From Oopsacas minuta (taxonomy: Eukaryota > Animalia > Porifera), in assembly GCA_024704765.1 (NCBI GenBank), contig JAKMXF010000300.1, positions 248,001-312,000 on the forward strand: 64,000 bases of DNA, read 5' to 3'. This document shows, one piece after another, positions 33,753 through 44,400 of the stretch (the stretch's first letter is position 1; each line of letters begins with the position of its first letter). The notes below the pieces were generated by a model, which did not search any database, was not told the origin of the DNA, and saw nothing but the letters and a program-made list of their open reading frames with translations. A program made the position numbers and the translations under genes.

Positions 33753-36700
33753 ATGGCTGAAAAACAAGAAAGAGGGCGAGGTAGGGGTAGACGTTTGTAC
33801 AAACAGAATCCAAGTTTATGTTCTACCGATCATAATTCTTACAGAGTGAGTGGTACAGGCGAAGTAATCCCAGAACATACATCTACTATCCCAGAAGAAA
33901 TACTGTCATTAGCACAGACCACACAATTACCTATAGGTGAGATATCAAAGACGATAGATACTCAGTTTGATAGTCCAAACCCTGGTTCTTATGTCTCTGA
34001 TATGAGTAATCTATTTCATGTACGAATCACGGAAGTAATGGATCCTAGTTGTTTCTACGCTATGGTATCTTATAAGCAAGATTTGGATAAGTTTGACCAG
34101 ATGTCAAGTCGTTTAATTGAAGTTTGTGAGTCTTATGAAGCTGAAGAGAATATTATACCAAGGGTGGATGATATCATAGGGGTGAATACAACTAATATTG
34201 AGAATTTTGGTCTGGAGTATAAATGGGTACGAGGGAGAGTTGTTAGAATACACTCGAAAGATGATATTGAGGTTTGTAAACTTATTTGATATGCAGTTAA
34301 CTTCTGTTATATCTAACACACGAATATATCCAAATTCCCGCATATGTTGGAGTACACATTGTACAAATATGTTCCCAAATCGTCAAAGTAATTATCGCGA
34401 TCTCTTGAGCTTCGATATGACAGGAGTTAACTGCATTTCATAACATCTTCCTACTATAGGTTATCCTGCTTGATTTCGGATCATCTCATCATGTGAATAT
34501 AGCTAGCACATGCTTTCGCATAAAAGAGAGTACTTTATTGCCATCATTATGTATGCATTGTGGGTTAGCAGATTGTCAACCTATTGCTAAAGAATGGTCC
34601 AGAGACTCGTGTGATTATTTCCACTCCCTCATTTCCAAATGTACACCGCATCTACGTGGTATTCTATATCTGAGCTCTATATTGAACCCAGTAATAACAG
34701 GTCTAACTCTATACGGTTATAACAGTGAGAAGGGCGGATGGGTTTCATTTGGACATTCTCTCATTGCTGCAGGTTATGCTGTAACTTATCATAATACTAG
34801 TAGAGTACAGTATCAAGCACCAGCTAATCCTACTCTTACAGCTGATGTTACTGCTTGTACTTCTCAACAGGTATAATAATTATTCAAGTTCTGAGGAACG
34901 CTCTGATCTTCACGTTGTATTATTACAGTCAACTCTCGTTATATCGAACACGGATATATCGGAATACTTCCTTTTATACTAGTAATTCTTACTGTCCCTT
35001 GAGCTTCATATAAGGGTAGTTGACTGTGTAAAAAAACAGTAAAATCCGTATAATCAAATCCATTTTCTTTAGTATCAACTTGCAGATTCGACTGTTTCTC
35101 AACCATTCGATACTAAGCAGTATTTATCAATGAGTACAGCTCAATCAAATAACGAGCTACAACAGCAGTTACAAGATATACCCACACACTCATACAATCT
35201 TACTTATACTGAACAAGAAATATTACGGAATATTAATAATGATACTTATTTCACTTATTTTATGACTAGTAATGAGCATAGAATTCGTAGTTTAGACTCT
35301 GTTACTAAGTATGAAGAATTTGTACCAAAGATACATCCTGTAAACATTAACAATGGGAATACAGAGTCTGTGGTTCAACCTGCGGATTTGAACCAGGAAC
35401 CTAGTAATATTACAGAAGCTGAAACAGCTGATAAGGTAGGTTTTAACCTTTGAACTTTGTACATTAGTTAACACCGATTACGACCACTGTTACGAACGTA
35501 ATGAAACAGAACATTACATTCAGCCATTCCCTCCCAAATTCGACATTTTACACTTTTTTGAATCTTCACAAATTCCAAGTTTTAATCTATCTCATAGAGT
35601 TCTCCAAATCAATTGGAACCCTCAGCTACAACTAATCCCTTACAAACAGACTTGGTATCTGCTACGCCCCCACAAACACACAAAATCTCTCCAGGGACTA
35701 AGTCTTCCCGAGGGTTGGGAAGAGGTCACATAATAAAACAGAACATGGAGAGAGCCCGTAGAGGTAAACCTTCATCCCTTGCTTCTAACTCAGATACTGA
35801 ATTGTCTATACAGATAGCTAATATCGTAGTTACATCTAAACCTAATGACCAGAAATCTAATTCTGAACCTCAACATAGTTCTCCTAAACATCCTCCTTCA
35901 CATTCTAGCTCAGATAACCAAGTTGTTACCAAAGATTCAAGTGAAAATGGTGATATAGGAAATGATACTTTAAATATTAGTGAAAGACTTGATGCAAATT
36001 CTAACAGTGATTATGCTGAAGATTTTGAACAGTCATTTGGGCATTCAAAGCATGAATTGCCTAATAAACCGTTTAGAGGCCGTGGTCGTAAATCCCCTGC
36101 TCATTGGAAGAAAGGAGCACAATCTGACAATAGAAATAGACAATTAGGGAAAGATCCGAACCTCCCTCTGGCTACTAAATACGCTAAAAGTATTACTTCT
36201 GAAGCAAAAGCTAAATGTGAACCTACAATACAAGAAACGGAGATAGCACATTTAAAATCTAAACTAGCTGAAGAATTGGATAATCTGTTAGCTAACTTTA
36301 GAGAAGAAACACAGAGGCAATTCCCTGAAAATGTTATGAAGATTTTGAATGATAATCTTTCAAACAAAATTGCTACTATTCTAGGCCCAAAAGGACCTTT
36401 AACAATATTACTTAAATGTATTTTTCAACGTTCAGTTTATCACCCAGAATTCCTGCCTTTCTCATTCATGGTTCTAGCAAGATTATACCCTATGTACAGA
36501 CAAATGATGACTGAGGATATTTCTTCTTCTCTAATTAAAACACATTACGAATTATTGACTGAGGTTAAGGCAGAATCTGATAATTCTGAAGAGTATAAGG
36601 CTAATTATTGTCAGATGATTTCAGCTTGTATCGATTATGTATCGATTAAGGAGATAAATCCAGGTCTTACTGGTATATTGGAATCTGCGATACTTGATTT

Positions 36701-37260
36701 ATTGATGCTATTTGCTGGGAAAGGTATGCAACTTCCAATTATAGATCTTCAAGGTTTTCTGATTAAAGCTAGTTGCATACTGACAATATTCGAGAAATCT
36801 GGCCGTGTTCTGTTAAACTTGAAAAATGACTGCTTCAATAAGGTTAAACAGGAAATATCATATAACGTGTCTGAACTAAAATCTATGCCTTTTACCCTAT
36901 TAAACACATACACGAAATGTTTGGAACTATTTGAAACTATATCTTCAGCTGGTAAACAAGCTCCCCTTGGTCTTACAAATTTATCACCTCATATTATTAA
37001 GAATCCTACACAATACTATACAAATACAAATCCTCCTGACTTGAATTACCAAAATCCACGTGCACAACTACACTTCGCTATCCAACAGCAATATCCATCA
37101 GTATGTCCTCAATACCAAACTAATACTATTCCACCTCAACATATACAGCAAGGAGTTGGAAATAATATTAATAATACAGTACAGCCGAGTTATATACAAA
37201 CACAATATGATGCTAGTTATTATATACAGAGACAGCCTCAACAGATTGCAATACCTAACC

Positions 37261-37307
<47 letters not shown>

Positions 37308-38375
37308 CCTATTTCTAATCAACTCACACAACAACAAACAGTGTATCCAACATATCAACAACAACAATCTATTCCTATACAACGTCAACATTCATCCACC
37401 TCACAACTTACTCCTGAGAGTACCGCATTATCTCCAACTTTTCCCGATCCTTTTGAGCAAATTAAGAAAATGTTAATAAGTTTTAATGAAACAGATCAAT
37501 TGAAGAAATTTGAAGAAGCTCGTATACAAGATGATCTGCTGTTGATTGAATGGGTGGAATTAGAGAAAATTCTCAAAGATTCTTTTATACCCCCTGGCCT
37601 CGTGTTTAGGATTAAACGGTTTTTGAGTTCTCAGAATATTGCTCCAACACAGCAACAACAACAACAACAATTATACATTCCAGCTGTTCCATATCCACAG
37701 CAACAAAATATATCTCATCCTGTTAACCCAATTGTCTCAATGGCTAATCAACAAATGTATCCTACTTATTTCCCACAAACTAATACACAAGCTTACTACC
37801 AGCCACAGCATCAGCCACAGCCACAGCCACAGCTACAGCTACAGCCACAGCTACAGCCACAGCTACAGCATCAGCCACAGCCACAGCTACAGCCACAGCT
37901 ACAGCTACAGCCACAGCTACAGCATCAGCCACAGCTACAGCCACAGCTACAGCCACAGCCACAGCCACAACAACAACAACAACAACAGCAACATTTACTC
38001 AATACAAATAGCAATTCTAATAATAACAATAATTATCCACTCTACACAAATGAAAACAGACAACCTGGTGTATTCATATTTCCTGCATCAGATACGAAAC
38101 CTATTACTCCATCAACTCACGTAATTCCTCCTACTCAAGCTATGCAACAAAACACAAAGCCTCAGGATATCGCATACCCGTCAAATACTCCCGGACAGCA
38201 GTTTATACCACAAGATAACAAACTGGTAGCAAACGTATACACTACTAATATAGCAAGACACCCTTTGCCCACACGAAACCAAGTAAATGCTCCGATTCAA
38301 ACAATATCACAATCTGCACCTCCCCCTCATTTGCAACAGCCCAACGATTACACTTTGCCTAATTACACGAAATAA
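33753..38375 (+). CDS. Extended-Tudor protein with RG motifs, helical MIF4G-like and SAM-like segments and polyQ (4 exons)
   Basis: FHVRITEVMDPSCFYAMV...KWVRGRV...IE|VILLDFGS...LPSLCMHCGLADCQP..KEWS is an extended Tudor; in-frame junction across intron 34272-34460; long Q-rich last exon from ~35600. Confidence 0.7.
34291..34436. mobile_element. MITE family A in Tudor-gene intron 1
   Basis: Perfect inverted ends ATGCAGTTAACT ... AGTTAACTGCAT; internal CTTGAGCTTCGATATGACAGG. Confidence 0.8.
34924..35027. mobile_element. MITE family A in Tudor-gene intron 2
   Basis: TACAGTCAACTCTCGTTATATCGAACACGGATATATCGG ... CCCTTGAGCTTCATATAAGGGTAGTTGACTGT. Confidence 0.8.
37260..37307 (+). repeat. Pure (CAA)16 coding microsatellite (polyQ)
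   Basis: Uninterrupted CAA run encoding 16 Gln. Confidence 0.93.
37800..37990 (+). repeat. Hexamer coding repeat (CAGCCA/CAGCTA/CAGCAT)n encoding QP/QL/QH, then polyQ
   Basis: Read directly; protein QPQPQLQLQPQLQPQLQHQP... Confidence 0.93.
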
Positions 38376-38684
38376 ACTAGTACTATTTTGGTCTTCTTCA
38401 AATTGCCAGTCAATCACTCATGTTAGATTCTCAGAAATTGCATGGATGTCAGAGTTATACTGATTGGAAAATTATTTGATTCCAATTAAACTCCAATACT
38501 CTTAAGTAACAACATTTTATTAATAGAAATTGTTTCTTAATTATATCTATTTTATATGTTCTTACATACTTACAGTATAATTTTGCATTAAATGATTGCC
38601 TTCTTTTAAACGTGTTTAGTTATTCTTATTAAATCTACTTATTTACAATAGAATATTAGGTTAAATCTTATTTTTATACTTACA

Positions 38685-41270
38685 ATGGATAATACTAAGT
38701 CTCTTAGTGGCAAAGGTAAGAATAAGAAGGTAGATACGGATGATAAAGATGCGGTAAGTATTTGCGGAAATTATTCAATCTCGCATTTTCTGTATGTTAT
38801 CTTGTGTTTACACTTTACAGAAAACAAAAGCTAAGGAATTTGTTGAAGGAAGTGGACTCAGTAGAAGTGAAATACAAGTTGGTTACAAACTTATGGCAGC
38901 TTCTTTCGACTGCAAATGGTTTGTAAATCTGTATTTAATTATTTTAATTTGCTTTATACGGTGTTTGACATCTGACAGGTATCAAGGGCGTATTGTAGAA
39001 GTTGATGAGAGTGACAGTACATTCCTGGTACATTTTGACTTCTGGAATTCTAGATTTGATGAATGGTACAAGTTTACTACTAAGAAGGTAAAACCTTTGC
39101 AAGAAGAGCCATATAGTAGAAAGAAGATAATTCCAGTAAGTTACCCTGTTATGACCAAATGAAATCATTATTGTTCTATTTCTATTTAGAAATTCAAATT
39201 AGGTGATCCTGTAACAGCCAAATGGATAGATGGTAAACAATATAGAGGAAAGATTGATGAAGTAAAACCAAATGGTTAGAATAGTATGAATGATAACAAT
39301 CTTGTATGTTCATTGACCATTTATTATTCTATGCTAGATTGTTATGACGTATTGTTTGAAGATGGAGTTATATATTCTACGGATATTTCAACACTGAAGC
39401 TTGGAGATGTGAGTTGTTTCAAAATATATTTATTGTAAATTCATATTCTTATAGAAATCTTTATTTACAGAGGAGGGATGCTAGTCTTGAAGAAGAACGT
39501 TTATTGAAGAGAGATGAAGTTATTAAACGTTCAAGAGAGCGGGAATTTAGGAGTCAGAGAAGATCTCTAGAACCAGGGAGTATCTTCCCTAGTTTATCTC
39601 TACAGTTAGATGACATTAAGCCATCTTTCACAGCTGTAAAACATACAACAAAATTGAATCCCTCTCTCTCCCTAGGATTATCTTATCCACTCAAAAAAGT
39701 TTCACTCTCTTTTGATTTTGAATTGAATAAGAATGTTTGTGTGTCACGTGGTAGAACATACAATGTTCCTTCTCCTACTAATGTCTTAGGAACTGTTAAG
39801 CACACAGTAACTACTGCGACAAAACGTGCATTATCTCCTGAATTTGAAACCCCTGAAAACTCACCACGTAAAAGAGGTAGACCTAAAATCCATAGTCCAA
39901 CTTCTACCATTCCTATTAAACATACAGATGATACGGATATCTTACCGAAATCTATTTCCCCAAATAAGAAGACTATATCTAAGAAAGTGCTACACAAACA
40001 CATCATATTATCATCTATCTCTCCTACCCCAAAATCCCCTGTAAATAAAACACCCACTAAATGCACTGTGTCAGTTCAAACAGATCCTATAGAAGAATTA
40101 AAAGATATTCGACCCATTGCTAATCCATTATTAGCTCCAACTGCTCTCAGGCCTCATTACCCTGTTCCTCCGGTTCCTCCCCAACCAGCTCCACCCCTCT
40201 TACAAACTGAGACAGTTCTAACCTCAGATGGACGATGGATAACAATAGCTACTCCACAAATGGCAGCACAACAACCATTACAAATATCTTCTGACGTCAC
40301 TCAGAGACAACCCCCTACGGCTCCTAACACATACTATCAGCTGGTACCCATGGGTGCTAACGGGCCTATTCACCCCTCTCCTGTAGCTCCTCTCCCTCCA
40401 CCCTCTCAACCACAAGACCCCCTATCTCACTTAGTACTAGCTCAACCTACACACAATCCGGTTATGATGCTACCACCACAGCCTAGACCTATCCTACAGA
40501 ACTCATCTCCTTATATACAGTCTAGACCTATTCTACAGTATCAAGCTACTAGCTCAGCTATGCTGCAACCACAGAATCCTAGTACCGTGTTAATGCATAC
40601 TAATCCGTTACATCAACAGATTATTTTACCTCAACAACCTGTTGTTAATAATTCTACACAGTTGACAACTCATCAGGATAATGCAGCAGCTCCACAGATT
40701 GCTCAGAGACAAACTGATCCTCCTAGTGCTATGAATCTATCCGCTAACTCTCCGGTACCAGTCTCCCCCCTCCCCTATACCTCCCCTACTGATCCTGTTC
40801 CCCCGGTTAGCTCAAATCTCGTTGCTTCTCGTGCTACTATAAGACTACCAGATGTCCAGGCTACTGCCCCAGTTATGACCACACCTCAAGTACTGACTGA
40901 GAAGAGGGAAAATGGTGAGAACTTCTCTCCAACTTCTCTTATTTCTCTTAGTTCACGTCTTCCTTTCTCTTCTCTTCTTTCAAATACCATTCAACCATCT
41001 CAGTCCCTACCTATAACATCATACGTCACTGCAGTCTCTGAGCATTCTGGAGAAGTCACGACTATTTTTGCATCATCGTGTTCCACTCCAAAAGTCACAT
41101 CAACAGCTGAAATAACCACCCCAACGGGTCCTATCCCAGACCCCGCGGTACCAACAACCCCCTCAATAATACCAATTCAAACTCCTACCCCCTTAGATAC
41201 AAATACATTACTTAAATCCCAATTGCAGCAAGCTAATGAAGATAACACGGACCTCATAGGATCTTCATGA
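38685..41270 (+). CDS. PHF20/PHF20L1-like tandem-Tudor protein with AT-hook and Pro/Gln/Thr-rich tail (6 exons)
   Basis: Exons give ..KW|YQGRIVEVD..FLVHFDFWNSRFDEW and FKLGDPVTAKWIDGKQYRGKI..|CYDVLFEDGV, as in PHF20 Tudor 1 and 2; AT-hook RKRGRPK; no PHD seen. Confidence 0.68.
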
Positions 41271-41430
41271 ATTATTTCAGTAGTTTTCTCTTCTATTTTC
41301 CACTTAGTCAACTGTCGTAATATTGATATTACTCTTTGAGGTTATAATGCTTATTATTTTACTGTAAATTACTCTTAAATTATTTCGCGTATAAGTGTTA
41401 AAATAGTATTTTGTGTTTCTTGTGAGCTGA

Positions 41431-44400
41431 ATGGCGTTATCTGCAAAAGAACTCACAGATTTAATGACTCTTCTCTCTGAAGAAACTATTCTCGGTCCAC
41501 TTTCAAATGTAGCTATAACGCTAGAAGGATTAACTACAAGTTTTTATCGCCAATTTTCTAAATCAGATAATTTCCGAATTGGAACAGTGTTGGTATTATT
41601 AATTCAAGAAAGAGACTTATTGCCTTCATCTTGTCAGAGAATAGCAGCTCTATATTTATTATACGATATCTTTCATCCTGATCCTATCCATCTCAACCCA
41701 TTCGTTTCCATCTTCTTTGAACTTCTTCAACCTTCTATTTCTGATTTTGACTGGACTAATAGTGACATTATTTCAGGAGTGAGACCATCATTACCCGAAA
41801 AAGTAAGTCACTAGAAAATTGAACTATAATTATTATACCCAAAATATTTGCTCGAATAAAGTCTGCAGCTGCTATACTAACAGGTAAAACACACTGGCCA
41901 TATTTTGTTGAACTTTATTAAAACTACGTAATGTATTAGTTGTAAATGGTGCAATAGTTATGTCGTTTTGCTGACATCTCTGATTTAGAATTGCACACTA
42001 ATATTACTTAGTATATTTATACGCAAGATATTTTGTTGACTAATATTATCTATTTCTTTTCCAAGAAAGGTAACTAATCCGGGTGTTCGAATTAATTAAT
42101 ATATTTCAACAAATCGTTAGTGATGAGCTCTAAAGTTTTAATAGCCTATAGGATACAATTTAACAATATTATTCATTTACTAAAGGTTTTGTGAGATCTG
42201 TTTGTTTCTCTGTTTTCACACGGCAGTAACAACAACCACTAACTCGATGTTGGCTCTTTGTAAAATACATTAGAGTGTACAAAATGTGGACAGGGAACAG
42301 CACAACACCTCCAGTGAATATAAAAAGATCTGTGATAAATATCAAGTAGATTTTATGTGACGTAATCTCATTGAAAACTGCTAGTTCTATATGTTGTAAT
42401 TTCAAGCAAATTCCTGCTTGATTTAGTATAACTCCAGTAAGGCTAATAGCACTGGCTAACATCCAGAAGAATACGCCTGTCATTAGCCATCTTGTAAACC
42501 ATCTGTAATTGGTTTCTTTCTTTTTGTTTTGTCGATATTGGAAATCTCCTTCACTATTGTTTTGTCTCTTGTACTCAGTACTCATTCCTCTCAGAGCCGC
42601 GCATAATTGAATTGAGCCTTTCACGTGTTTTACATATTCACAAATCGAACGTATAATTAATATTACCCCAAGAGGGATTATTGGAATCCACAATCCTGCT
42701 AGTAAAAAAAGTACCAACGATTCTATTAAAATGAACTTCAGATCATCTTTTATTTTATCAGGTTTATACTCTTCCCAATTATAAACCCCAATCAAGTATC
42801 TGATGGTGATGTTTAATAGTTTTAAAACAGTCAGAAGCAGGTATAAGCAGATTATGTATAGGAAATCGTGTATGTAGGATAAAGCTATTTCCACTACGAT
42901 ATCGCTGTTATAATATCGTAGAATTCGGTGCATACATATTGTCAGTCCCGCTATTAACAACGCAAACATCTCGCATAAGCTAATTAACAGTAATAATCTG
43001 AATTTCCATAACTGTACTGTTAATTCTTTTACTTTTTCTTTGTTGTTATAAGTAATTTGTACTTGTCTAGTGCTACGTTTTATATTTCTCAATGTTGTTA
43101 TGATGTATATAATCCATAATAGTATGTTCAAAACCCATAGTATTATGAAGAATAATATCAGACCGTAGTTTATCCAGAAGAACATGAATATCTCTGAATT
43201 TGTAGAATTGAATAGACCCATTTTGAAACCTGGAATTGCTAGATAAACTGAAATAACCTATATTTATACTATTAAACTGCGTATAATCAAATAGAATATT
43301 CTATAATATATCTCATTCTTGGCATAATTCATCTGAGGTGATATTATATCAAATTGTATATTTGCTGAGATTTTCAGGCTTTCACAGTAATTATTACTTA
43401 GGTACTCTATGTTTGCTTAATTACATCCATAACATCATTTGAGTTATGTAATATTTTGCTAATATTGTCAATTGACTTTGGATATTTTCTTATAGAAAAT
43501 TCCCAGGAATTGTAATGTAGTTACCAGTTATTCATTTGATGCTATCCTGAGTCCCGATTATTGGTTACAATTATAATTTGGGCGAGGGGATCTTTTCGAA
43601 TTGTAGAACCAGGACCCGATCACAAATATATTCGATCATTACATAATTCTTAATTGATTTAATACAAAAGTCTGAATGAGTTATATTAACTACTACTCGA
43701 TTAGCAAGTGGAATTATACGTAAAACTTATTAGAAATAATATTACACAGCATTATATTGCAATATTATGAACAATGAAATAACAACACTGTTATGACGAA
43801 CATTAATATTTATTATCTCAATATTGAATTCTACTTCATTCTTTTGAGAATTTATTACATGCAATTACTAACTTAATCTTTAATCTTTTTCAACTTTATT
43901 GATAAGTGGCTGTGTAAGCTCATGGTGTACCTTGGGTCCTGGTTTCCTGAAGCAATTACTAGCACGAGATAGGAAATTCAGTATTTGAGTAGGACAGCAT
44001 ACAATACACGAGTAGTAGAACGTATAAGGTAGGAAGAATGGGACGAAAATTATGATCACCATAGCCCAGCTTCCCCACACTAGCAGTTTCATGAAATGGA
44101 ATAGGATTCTAATGTAGTACCTTTCATCCGGGAATATTGTGCATGAAGCTTCCACTATTGTTGCTAACGGGTCAAAAGTTAACTGAGCTATATAGAATCC
44201 AGCTCCGAAACAAAACACAGTAGCTATGTATCCATAATGTGTGCATTCTGATTCTAGATTATCACCGTGTTCAATCAGAGATTCTGATGCTCCATCTCTT
44301 ATATTTCTATCAATTCTATGTCTGTAGACTTTATAACCTTCTTTGCAGTTGAGCGAGAAACGAATGAATTTGACTAGAATCAATACGAATAGAATAGCGA

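Noticed and set aside
18388-35027. Idea that MITE family A creates introns (introner behaviour)
   Set aside because: Element ends lie ~17-45 nt inside the splice sites and a normal-sized intron remains after removal, which fits insertion into existing introns.
37639-38124. Alternative-frame and antisense ORFs (HSHSYS..., MAVAVAV...) and 37060-37476 (polyN / polyL)
   Set aside because: These are by-products of CAA and hexamer repeats lacking stops in the shadow frames of the Tudor gene.
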